A stretch of 64,000 nucleotides of DNA from a bacterium (GTDB lineage Bacteria > Patescibacteriota > Saccharimonadia > Saccharimonadales > JAUPVS01), in NCBI GenBank assembly GCA_029780855.1, contig JAKOXV010000003.1, positions 84,953-148,952 on the forward strand. The letters are read 5' to 3'. The notes under the pieces were generated by a model, which saw only the letters and a list, made by a program, of their open reading frames with translations, was not told the DNA's origin and ran no database searches. Positions within the stretch are counted from its first letter, which is position 1, and each line of letters opens with the position of its first letter. Made by a program: the position numbers and the translations under genes. Shown in pieces: positions 28,850 through 37,495 of the stretch.

Positions 28850-30025
28850 TTAGGATACCTCAATAATAAAGCCGGGGTCTATGTCATAAGGAAGACGGCG
28901 TTTCTTCTTTATATCAAGCATCGTAGCATCATCCCACCAATCGGAAACCGTTATTCCGTCTGCATGCTGTAGAGCTATATCAATACTGTATTTTCCGTCA
29001 CTAAATATATTTGGCATAGATATGGTTATTAGTTTTTTCTCTCCTTTTGTAATTTCAGGAATTTGAACTTTTTCTTTTTTTGTATTTGTACCCGTTACCT
29101 CTTTACCGGTACTACTTCTAACGCGCACGCCAATGACCAATCCTGAAAAATCCTTGTTTGCTTGTATCGCGACTTTTAGCTTGATAGACTCGTCGGAAAC
29201 GCTCGATTCAACGCTCGACACAACAACAGCTCCATCGCCCCATCTACTACTCTCTGAATCAGTGGAACCTTTGTTATTTTCAATTACATTGAAAAGTTTT
29301 GTATATGCTTGTGCAACTTTATCTGTGTCCCCAAGCAGAGCGAGTTTGTTATTTTCAATCAACATTGCTCTATCGCAATATTCGCGCACTGCGCTCATGT
29401 CATGAGTTACAAATATCACGGTTATTTTCTCTTTTTTAAGTTTCTTAAAATACTCGAAGCACTTGCGCTGAAAATCTGCATCTCCCACTGCCAAGACTTC
29501 ATCTATTAGCAGTACGTCTGCTTTGGCTCTGACAGCCATAGAAAAAGCCAAGCGCACCTGCATACCAGATGAGTAGTTCTTTAGCTTTTGATCCATAAAC
29601 TCTTCAAGCTCAGCAAAGTTAACAATGTCACTATACTGGCCATCGATTTCCTTCTCGCTAAAACCAAGCATTGCGCCGTTAAGGTAGACATTTTGCCTGC
29701 CCGTTAGCTCGGGATTAAAACCTACACCTAGCTCTATGAAGGGCACTAATTTCCCTTTTACACTTACGCTCCCTTGGGTTGGCTGGTAAATGCCTGCTAA
29801 CATTTTTAGCAAAGTACTCTTACCACTACCGTTACGCCCAACAATTCCGAAGAATTCACCTTTACTTACCTCGAATGACACGTCCTTAACTGCGTGCTGT
29901 GTTTCGATCCTTTTGTTTCGGTGGTGCAACATTCTTGTAAAACCAGCTTTAACCGTTCCGGTTCGCTCTTGAGGAAGACGAAAATTCTTTGAAACATGTT
30001 TTACGCTAACAACAATATCAGGCAT
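28850..30025 (-). CDS. polysaccharide ABC exporter ATP-binding protein (Wzt/TagH-type) with an extra C-terminal beta-rich domain
   Basis: Walker A GRNGSGKST, signature SSGMQVRL and Walker B LLIDE. A ~140-aa extra C-terminal domain is present. Start set at MPDIVV (30025), giving an ATGA overlap with wzm. Confidence 0.87.
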   Translation of the reverse strand: MPDIVVSVKHVSKNFRLPQERTGTVKAGFTRMLHHRNKRIETQHAVKDVSFEVSKGEFFGIVGRNGSGKSTLLKMLAGIYQPTQGSVSVKGKLVPFIELGVGFNPELTGRQNVYLNGAMLGFSEKEIDGQYSDIVNFAELEEFMDQKLKNYSSGMQVRLAFSMAVRAKADVLLIDEVLAVGDADFQRKCFEYFKKLKKEKITVIFVTHDMSAVREYCDRAMLIENNKLALLGDTDKVAQAYTKLFNVIENNKGSTDSESSRWGDGAVVVSSVESSVSDESIKLKVAIQANKDFSGLVIGVRVRSSTGKEVTGTNTKKEKVQIPEITKGEKKLITISMPNIFSDGKYSIDIALQHADGITVSDWWDDATMLDIKKKRRLPYDIDPGFIIEVS

Positions 30026-30849
30026 CAGACTTCCTCCGCGAAGTATGGAGAACACTTTTTAAAATACACAACTGAGAACAGTAATACCGCAATCACGATT
30101 CCTAGAGGAATAAAAACTGAATAGTTTGTCCCAAACACATCCCCGATTGTAGTTGTTTTGTCAGTAACTAGCCCGTATCGTGCACCTTGAATTATTTGCG
30201 CAACCGGATTTATCATGATTAGCTTGGCGAGCACTGTGCTTTTATCGCTGATGAACGAAAATGCATACAATATCGGTGTGGCGTAGAAACCTACCTGTAC
30301 TATAACTTCCCAAATATAGTTTATGTCTCTAAAACGAACATACATAGCACTTAGGATGAACGCTATGGATAGAGAAAAGATGAATAACTCTGAAACGATT
30401 AACGGAAAAAGGAATGCATTGTGATTAGGCTCTGCATGCCCTAACCACATAAAGAACACAACAACTAGCATGTTAAGGGAAAAATTAATAAGCGCAGATA
30501 CGGACACTGCTAGTACGATGACATAGCGCGGAAAACTAATTTTTCGCATTAGATCTCCCTTTCCTACGATAGAAGCTACACTTCCAGACGTTACTTCAAT
30601 AAAAAAGTTCCACAACACGATGCCGAGAAGCAGGTAAACTCCAAAGTGAGGAACGTCCCCACCTGTTTTAAGTATGACCACGAAAACAACATAGAGAACC
30701 AGGAATAGAAACAGCGGACGGAGTAGAGACCAGAAATAACCTAAAACTGAATTTTGGTATCTAATTCGAAAATCTGTTTTAACTAGCTGCTTGAGCAGGA
30801 TAATCGAATAACGATACCTCCCCCTAAGTCTTTCTGCGCTTCTTTTCAT
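30025..30849 (-). CDS. polysaccharide ABC exporter permease (ABC-2 type, Wzm/TagG-like)
   Basis: 274 aa with 6 TM helices and an ABC-2 N-terminus (LVKTDFRIRYQNSVLGYFWSLLRP). Confidence 0.87.
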   Translation of the reverse strand: MKRSAERLRGRYRYSIILLKQLVKTDFRIRYQNSVLGYFWSLLRPLFLFLVLYVVFVVILKTGGDVPHFGVYLLLGIVLWNFFIEVTSGSVASIVGKGDLMRKISFPRYVIVLAVSVSALINFSLNMLVVVFFMWLGHAEPNHNAFLFPLIVSELFIFSLSIAFILSAMYVRFRDINYIWEVIVQVGFYATPILYAFSFISDKSTVLAKLIMINPVAQIIQGARYGLVTDKTTTIGDVFGTNYSVFIPLGIVIAVLLFSVVYFKKCSPYFAEEV

Positions 30850-30924
30850 TGGTTACTTTATTATAAGGAATTCTGTGTAGCGTAAGCAAATGGTAGAGAT
30901 GAGAAAATCTGATATAGTTTAGTT

Positions 30925-31884
30925 ATGAGCAATATTTTAGTTACGGGTGTTAATGGTTTTGTTGGACGTCATCTGGCAAAAGAGTTGCACGATCAAGGAT
31001 ACGGCGTTTTGGGGCTTGGTCAAGAAAAAAACACACCAAAGGAGCTTAAAAATTACTTGAGTGGATACTTTGCTTGTGACCTCAATGATTACGCTCAAGT
31101 TAGTGATCTACCGTTCGATTCGGTATCCGCTATAGTTAATCTTGCTGGGCTTGCAAATGTCGCAGAATCGTTTAAGTTACCTGGTCAGTACGAAAAGGTA
31201 AATGTTAATATTATTTCCAATCTAGCATCTGCCGTTGCAAAAAAGAAGCATCCAGTACGACTTGTTGCTGTAAGCACCGGTGCCGTATATGACCCTAATC
31301 AAAATATGCCCCTAACAGAAATGTCGAGTCTTGTACGGCTTGACAACACCAGCCCTTACGTTAAGAGTAAGATAAAGATGGAAGAGGTAGCTGAGGAGTC
31401 ACGAAGAAATGGGGTGGACTGCGTAATCGTTCGGCCGTTTAATCACATTGGTCCAGGACAAAATCCCGGCTTTCTAGTACCAGACCTAGCAAAACAAGTT
31501 CAAGAAACAGTTTCATCAGGCACTAATCAGATTCAGGTAGGTGACCTTAGCACTAGAAGAGATTATACGGACGTAAGGGACGTAGTAAGGGCATATAGAC
31601 TTTTAGCAACGGTTGATGGAGGCAGTCTAAACCACTCAATATATAACGTTTGTAGTGGAACTCCGTGTTCTGGAGCAAAAATACTTGAACTAGTCTCTAA
31701 AGAACTCGGAATCCCTAAACTGGAAGTAACAGTAGACAAGAGTCGAATCCGACCAAATGATCCTCCTGAGCTTTACGGAAGTTACGAAAAACTAAAAGCT
31801 GATACTGGATGGGAGCCGACTATCCCACTAGACCAAACTATCGCCGATTTTGTTTCCTGGCGCAAATCTAGCCCAGCTGAATAA
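30925..31884 (+). CDS. Rmd-like GDP-4-dehydro-6-deoxy-D-mannose reductase (extended SDR)
   Basis: VTGVNGFVGRHL, RPFNHIGPGQ, VGDLSTRRDYTDVRDV, YNVCSG and TGWEPTI blocks parallel my recollection of Pseudomonas Rmd. It is convergent with gmd. Confidence 0.68.
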   Translation: MSNILVTGVNGFVGRHLAKELHDQGYGVLGLGQEKNTPKELKNYLSGYFACDLNDYAQVSDLPFDSVSAIVNLAGLANVAESFKLPGQYEKVNVNIISNLASAVAKKKHPVRLVAVSTGAVYDPNQNMPLTEMSSLVRLDNTSPYVKSKIKMEEVAEESRRNGVDCVIVRPFNHIGPGQNPGFLVPDLAKQVQETVSSGTNQIQVGDLSTRRDYTDVRDVVRAYRLLATVDGGSLNHSIYNVCSGTPCSGAKILELVSKELGIPKLEVTVDKSRIRPNDPPELYGSYEKLKADTGWEPTIPLDQTIADFVSWRKSSPAE

Positions 31885-32920
31885 TCTGTTCTTCTGCAGC
31901 TAAATCATGGGTTACCATAAGTTTGACGAGACCTTTAAAGTCTACATCTCGTTTCCAGCCGAGTTCTTTTTCTGCTTTTGAAGGATCACCTAACAGCAAA
32001 TCTACCTCGGCAGGACGGAAGAACTCTGGGTTAATGGAAACCAGTGTCTTTCCGGTGCTAGTGTCTACGCCTTTTTCATCGGCTCCATTGCCTTCCCATT
32101 TTAGATCGATATCAATCTCTTTAAATGCTAGCTCACAAAATTCCCGGATAGAGTGGGTTTCTCCTGTAGCCAACACATAATCATCTGGTTTGGATTGCTG
32201 AAGCATGAGCCACATTCCTTTTACGTAATCGCCCGCATAACCCCAGTCGCGTTTTGAATCTAAGTTACCCAGTTCGATCTTTTCTTGTTTTCCGTACTTA
32301 ATACGTGCAACGGACTGGCTAATTTTTCGGGTTACGAACTCTGGACCCCGGCGCTCACCTTCGTGATTAAACAGAATTCCGCTGAGCGCGAACATGCCGT
32401 AGCTTTCGCGGTAATTCCGAGTTATCCAATGTCCATAAAGCTTAGCTACACCATAAGGACTACGTGGGTGGAATGTGGCGGTTTCAGTGTAGCCTTTTTC
32501 CGGCCGGTTATAGTCTAATCCTCCGAACATTTCGCTGGTACTAGCCTGATAAAAGCGCGTTGTTTTCTCTAGACCTGCGAGCCGAATGGCTTCAAGCATA
32601 TTGAGCACTCCCTTACCAGTCACATCGGCCGTAAGTACAGGGTCGCGGAAAGAATAACCAACATGACTGATTGCAGCCAGGTTATATACTTCATCTGGTT
32701 TGATTTCTTGCATTGCTCGCGTTAGTGCGGCAAGATCCAAAAGGTCGGCCATAACAAGATGTACGTATGGCATTTCCGCCTGTACAGCTTTATATCTTGG
32801 GTGGCTGGCTTCCATTTGCCCACGGATAATCCCGTATACTTCGTAGCCTTTTTCATGCAAAAACTTTGCCAAATGGCCGCCGTCTTGACCTGCGATTCCC
32901 GTAATAAGTGCGCGTTTCAC
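31868..32920 (-). CDS. gmd: GDP-mannose 4,6-dehydratase
   Basis: ALITGIAGQDGGHLAKFLHEKGYEVYGI, QASTSEMFG, SPYGVAKLY and NHEGERRG, all canonical Gmd blocks. Confidence 0.93.
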   Translation of the reverse strand: MKRALITGIAGQDGGHLAKFLHEKGYEVYGIIRGQMEASHPRYKAVQAEMPYVHLVMADLLDLAALTRAMQEIKPDEVYNLAAISHVGYSFRDPVLTADVTGKGVLNMLEAIRLAGLEKTTRFYQASTSEMFGGLDYNRPEKGYTETATFHPRSPYGVAKLYGHWITRNYRESYGMFALSGILFNHEGERRGPEFVTRKISQSVARIKYGKQEKIELGNLDSKRDWGYAGDYVKGMWLMLQQSKPDDYVLATGETHSIREFCELAFKEIDIDLKWEGNGADEKGVDTSTGKTLVSINPEFFRPAEVDLLLGDPSKAEKELGWKRDVDFKGLVKLMVTHDLAAEEQIIQLG

Positions 32921-32944
32921 TAAACTTTTCCCTCTTTTATTACA

Positions 32945-33121
32945 TTAAACAATTTCAACATCTGCGGCAGTTAGCGTTCTTCCACCGAGACTTTGATTAT
33001 ACCGCATCAGTGCTTCTGTATATTTTTCGATAGCATCTTTTGAGTAAGGATCCACCCCAAGTTCTTCCGCAAATAATGCTAATGAACCTGGATTTTCTGA
33101 TGTCGTATCAATCTCTTCCAT
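32945..33121 (-). CDS. small acidic hypothetical protein (58 aa)
   Basis: ORF 32945-33214 trimmed to the internal ATG (MEEIDTTSENPG...), which avoids overlap with the divergent GT start at 33177. No recognisable motif. Confidence 0.3.
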   Translation of the reverse strand: MEEIDTTSENPGSLALFAEELGVDPYSKDAIEKYTEALMRYNQSLGGRTLTAADVEIV

Positions 33122-33176
33122 TATTACCCTCTTTATATTATTTGCATTCCCACTTAGACTATTAGTATAGATAATT

Positions 33177-34268
33177 ATGAAACGAATTGCCATTGATGCC
33201 CGCGAGTTGCGCACCAGTACCGGACGCTATATTGAGCGGTTACTACACTACTTACAACTGATTGATTCGGATCACGAATATGTAGTGCTTCTAAAACCTA
33301 ATGATTTTGATAGTTGGACCCCAACCAACAAGAAGTTTTCTAAGGTTGCTTGCCCCTACAAAGAGTTTACTTTTGCAGAGCAATTAGGGATGCATAGTCA
33401 GATCCGTTCACTAAAAGTGGATCTCGTCCATTTCCCTATAGTTCAGCAGCCAATCCTGTACCGGGGCGATGTAGTAACGAGCATGTTAGATCTCACTACA
33501 GTTCGTTTTAGGAATCCTGCAAAAAATGTTGCGATATTCTGGATCAAACAACAGGTTTACAAGGTAGTAAACAAGGTGGTGGCAAGAAAGTCCAAGCACA
33601 TCATCACCATTAGCGACTTCGTAAAAAACGATATTGCTCAATATGCCCACATACCCACCGACAAAATCACGACTACTTACTTGGCGGCGGATAAGATTAC
33701 TGATGAGTCGGAGACTGTCGCAGACATGAAAGGAAAGCAGTTTATTATGTACGTTGGGCGACCGCAGCCACACAAAAACCTAGAGCGACTTGTTCAAGCA
33801 TTTAAGAAACTTAATGAGACACATCCGGAACTTCATTTGGTGCTAGCGGGTAAAAAAGATGTGCTGTTTGAAATGCTCGAACAGTACGTAAAAGATAACG
33901 GTGTCAAAAATGTGTACTTCACCGGTTTTGTAAGCGAAGGGCAGCTTAGGTGGCTGTACGAAAACGGCCAGGCGTATGTATTTCCAAGTTTGAGTGAAGG
34001 GTTTGGCTTGCCAGGCCTAGAAGCGATGCAGTACAACCTGCCAGTGGTATCCAGCAATGCTACCTGCCTGCCCGAGGTTTACAAAGATGCTGCGCTGTAT
34101 TTTAACCCCGTAAGTATTGACGATATGGCGATAAAAATTAAGCAGGTCTTAAGCGATAAAAAGCTTGCCAATGATTTAGCAAAAAAGGGAAGCGAACTGG
34201 TCAAAACGTATTCTTGGGAACGCATGGCCCAGCAAACCCTAGACGTATATCGATCTGTAATCGACTAA
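33177..34268 (+). CDS. glycosyltransferase, GT-B fold (GT4-like)
   Basis: VGRPQPHKN and SEGFGLPGLEAMQYNLPVVSS motifs. Confidence 0.8.
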   Translation: MKRIAIDARELRTSTGRYIERLLHYLQLIDSDHEYVVLLKPNDFDSWTPTNKKFSKVACPYKEFTFAEQLGMHSQIRSLKVDLVHFPIVQQPILYRGDVVTSMLDLTTVRFRNPAKNVAIFWIKQQVYKVVNKVVARKSKHIITISDFVKNDIAQYAHIPTDKITTTYLAADKITDESETVADMKGKQFIMYVGRPQPHKNLERLVQAFKKLNETHPELHLVLAGKKDVLFEMLEQYVKDNGVKNVYFTGFVSEGQLRWLYENGQAYVFPSLSEGFGLPGLEAMQYNLPVVSSNATCLPEVYKDAALYFNPVSIDDMAIKIKQVLSDKKLANDLAKKGSELVKTYSWERMAQQTLDVYRSVID

Positions 34269-36985
34269 GACCGCTTCAGAATCATGTGGCAGATTACTGC
34301 CATAGTACTAACGCCTACTATCGAGAGAATAACAACCAGAATAGGTGTAATTGGTTTGTGTTCAGTTTTGATGTTGGTGAAGCTGGCTGCGGAAGAAGGG
34401 ATTCTATTCAAGTACTTAGGTGTTGACGTTTCAACACCCGCAACTTGGGCTGTTTGTAAATTGACACGGTTGCTATCGGGAGTAGTTTGAACAGAAGCGG
34501 CACTTACGATTCCGTTCAATTGGCTTTCTCCGCCACTAACAACAGGAATGGGCTCCGTTTCAATTGGCAAAGTAACTCTTTCAGACACCAGATCTCCATT
34601 AACCACCCAAGCCTGGAGACTACCAGAAAGATTAAATGAACCCGGAATCACTATCGACTCCTCAGTGTCTGCAGCACTAACAATAGGATCCCCGTTAGAG
34701 TCAGCAATAAACACGAGGGTGCCAATATTGGCCCCCTTCCACGAAACACGAATTGAACCGTCAGATATTTTCGTTGCAGTTAGGCTTGTGGGGATGGCTG
34801 GTGGCGTCAGGTCTCTGGGTGCGTCTTGAGTCTGTTCAACTGTAACGGGCAATGTGAGCAACGCCTGCTGTTTGTTTTCTGAATAACCAGCGACGGTCAA
34901 CATTCCCGTACTATTGACGTCTTTAAATATATGGGTTGTATTGGGCGAATCTGTAGATTCATCCCACTCGCCATCATTGTTGTAGTCCCACTTATAGATT
35001 TGGTATGTCTGGCCACTTTGAGAAACATCTAGAATCGTCGGAACATTAACATGCGCGATCACGCTACTCTGGGGCTTGAAGCCATTCTGTGACAACGGAC
35101 TCTGGGTGGTATCCAGATTGAACGACGTTAGACTTAAGGTTTTTGGCTTATTGCTAAGAACGCGCCACATTACATCTGAGTAAGCCGCTTTATTGAAGGA
35201 ATCATACGTAAGAAATAACCCGCCGGTAGATTCGGCTATTTTTTTAAGCTGGTCATACATTTTACCCATATCGGGATAATCGGCCCTTGGGTATGGCTTA
35301 TTTGGAACTACGATAGTTATTGCAACACCTTTAGCAGTTGCCAAGGCGAGTTCGTCCTGTAACTTACGGGTGATTTCATGTATATACCACTTATTGCCAT
35401 CATTATGGGCAGTACATACCTGTTGCGTAAGCACCATCCTGGTGTTTTCACAGATAAGCGGTCCAAGCTGGGTAGAGACCGGGGCATTAGTATTATCTGG
35501 AGTACATACATTTTTATCGGGCATACCAAAATAGGAAAGTAACGACGTATTGCATATATCGTAGGTAACACTCTCTTTTGCGGGTCGATTGGTAAACAGA
35601 ACCAGGTTCTTAGTTGCCCCTTCCCGCCAGTTCGCCTGAGTAACCGCCCTCTCGATAGCCAATCCGTGCGGATCGGGGTAGTTTGTACCGCCACCGTAAC
35701 TCCTCTGACCCCATCCGACATTCCATAAAAAGTTATAGGTCAAGTTTCCACTTGTAGTCCTTTGGAATGGTTTAATCTGCTGACGCATAGTTATGCGCGC
35801 AAAATCCTTTTGATATGCATCAAAATCCTCGTTATAGTCCATGATTCCGTACTGTACATTAGTAAAGAATCCCTCTAGCGGCTCCACGACATTGTCGGTC
35901 TCGTGACGTAAGTACCCAAGCAGGTCATCTACCCATGTACTTGTATTAACGAGATACATGAAATCTATTGGCTTATCATTTGCAACCGTAGGAATATTTT
36001 GGAGTACGCCCTTGTCATTATCTACACCACCTTTGTTTCTGTTGCGCGCATAAAGGATAGGGGAAAGTAGTTGAATAGTTTCATCGGCCGCTTGTTTAGC
36101 ACCTAGCCAGCTGTACCGCTCATGACCTGCCGCAACGGTACTCATCGATAGGCCACCAGATCGAGTAACCGCCGTATTAATACCGTCGCCACCCGTACAG
36201 ACAAAATCATCATCAAAGCACCAGCTGAAAGTTTTGAGCTTCATATCTTCTGGCGTGTATGGATCTCGAGCGCCTGCCAAACCGCGGCTTTTTTCTCCGG
36301 CTGTGCCGCGCTTCCATGGATACGGCTTTGATTTTTGCCAGAACTTCAGGGGGTTGTAGTCGCTTGCCTGAAATTTTGGATCTCCAAAAAGATTGAGTGC
36401 CGCAACGCGTGAACGTTCAAAGGCAGTAAGTTTGAATATTGCCCGTCCCATGAGGTCTGCTCCCTGAGAGTAGCCACCCAGCACTATTTGCTGCTCGGGA
36501 CAGTGAGCTATTTCATCCTTAATATACCCTACTGTTTCTTCCTCGCCGTCAGCTACACTGTTTTGATAGTCACCCCAGGGCCACCAAGTAAGCTTTGCGT
36601 TAATGGCATTATTAATTGTGGCAGGCCCAAATATACCGACCGCGGGGTAACCGCGGTCGTTGTACTTGTTCGGAAAGTTGTGTACCGAAACTGCTTTATA
36701 GTCTACTTTTGGGTAGTCTCGATTTATATTCTTCTCTATTTGCTGAAAGAAGGCCCCGGGTACTTCCTCTAGTCTCTTGAATGGAGCATCAAAAGGTTTT
36801 TCTAGATATTCATTACCGTTATTTGAAGATGATCCTCTCGCAAATATAACTAGTACATCCGCACATTTGTCGGTCTGATTATCTATCCTTTGTGCAGTAC
36901 CTAGATTTCGGAAGAGCGCAACAGAAACAAGTAGGGTAATTACTACAATCGATAGCCTACGAGTTTGCAAAGACGAAAAGTTCAT
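34265..36985 (-). CDS. large C-terminally anchored surface protein: cutinase-like alpha/beta hydrolase, vWA-like region, PKD-like and Fn3-like domains
   Basis: Signal/anchor RRLSIVVITLLVSVALF. Cutinase signatures CADVLVIFARGSS and the GGYSQGA nucleophile elbow. WDYNNDGEWD is PKD-like and SLTATKISDGSIRVSWKG is Fn3-like. The C-terminus ends in a TM helix, ITPILVVILSIVGVSTMAVICHMILKRS. Confidence 0.65.
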   Translation of the reverse strand: MNFSSLQTRRLSIVVITLLVSVALFRNLGTAQRIDNQTDKCADVLVIFARGSSSNNGNEYLEKPFDAPFKRLEEVPGAFFQQIEKNINRDYPKVDYKAVSVHNFPNKYNDRGYPAVGIFGPATINNAINAKLTWWPWGDYQNSVADGEEETVGYIKDEIAHCPEQQIVLGGYSQGADLMGRAIFKLTAFERSRVAALNLFGDPKFQASDYNPLKFWQKSKPYPWKRGTAGEKSRGLAGARDPYTPEDMKLKTFSWCFDDDFVCTGGDGINTAVTRSGGLSMSTVAAGHERYSWLGAKQAADETIQLLSPILYARNRNKGGVDNDKGVLQNIPTVANDKPIDFMYLVNTSTWVDDLLGYLRHETDNVVEPLEGFFTNVQYGIMDYNEDFDAYQKDFARITMRQQIKPFQRTTSGNLTYNFLWNVGWGQRSYGGGTNYPDPHGLAIERAVTQANWREGATKNLVLFTNRPAKESVTYDICNTSLLSYFGMPDKNVCTPDNTNAPVSTQLGPLICENTRMVLTQQVCTAHNDGNKWYIHEITRKLQDELALATAKGVAITIVVPNKPYPRADYPDMGKMYDQLKKIAESTGGLFLTYDSFNKAAYSDVMWRVLSNKPKTLSLTSFNLDTTQSPLSQNGFKPQSSVIAHVNVPTILDVSQSGQTYQIYKWDYNNDGEWDESTDSPNTTHIFKDVNSTGMLTVAGYSENKQQALLTLPVTVEQTQDAPRDLTPPAIPTSLTATKISDGSIRVSWKGANIGTLVFIADSNGDPIVSAADTEESIVIPGSFNLSGSLQAWVVNGDLVSERVTLPIETEPIPVVSGGESQLNGIVSAASVQTTPDSNRVNLQTAQVAGVETSTPKYLNRIPSSAASFTNIKTEHKPITPILVVILSIVGVSTMAVICHMILKRS

Positions 36986-37421
36986 ATGTCCTGAAGTCAT
37001 ATGAAACTCCTAGACTTACTGCATCAATAGAACATTCGTATTCAACTACTCGTCGTCCTTCACTATCCGTATTGTCTGTCATAACAGGATCTTTACATCC
37101 TGTTTCTTCAAGTAAATCCTTTAACATACTGACAATGTTTTTATCTTTTAGTGTAAAGGTTTTACTTTTTAGGAAGCAGGCCGTTTCAGATTCTATTGGA
37201 CATTGGCGACCAGCTATGCCTTTGTTGATAGTCTCTTTTTCTAGCTTCCAGTCAGCGGGGAACGTCATTCGATTAAATACCCGCTCCACGTCACTGTAGT
37301 TGGGGGTGGTTGAGGTAAAAGGATATACAGCAAAGTTAACGTAAAGTAATCCAAAAATAATAATAACTACACCAAATAAGATGCTTAAAACTTTTAACGT
37401 CTTATGGTTACGCAAGTTCAC
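36957..37421 (-). CDS. hypothetical N-terminally anchored protein
   Basis: 154 aa with one TM helix (VLSILFGVVIIIFGLLYVNF) and a Cys-containing ectodomain. No recognisable motif. Confidence 0.5.
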   Translation of the reverse strand: MNLRNHKTLKVLSILFGVVIIIFGLLYVNFAVYPFTSTTPNYSDVERVFNRMTFPADWKLEKETINKGIAGRQCPIESETACFLKSKTFTLKDKNIVSMLKDLLEETGCKDPVMTDNTDSEGRRVVEYECSIDAVSLGVSYDFRTYELFVFANS

Positions 37422-37495
37422 CCCCCTTAGTTGTTACTCACATTATGCGCCTAGCGGAGCATAAACTTCAACTTTTTCTCAGGGAATATAGCGAA

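Noticed and set aside
35317-35721. 134-aa same-strand alternative-frame ORF inside the cutinase-like gene
   Set aside because: It is embedded out of frame in a long, well-supported ORF. No start signals were seen and its composition is biased.
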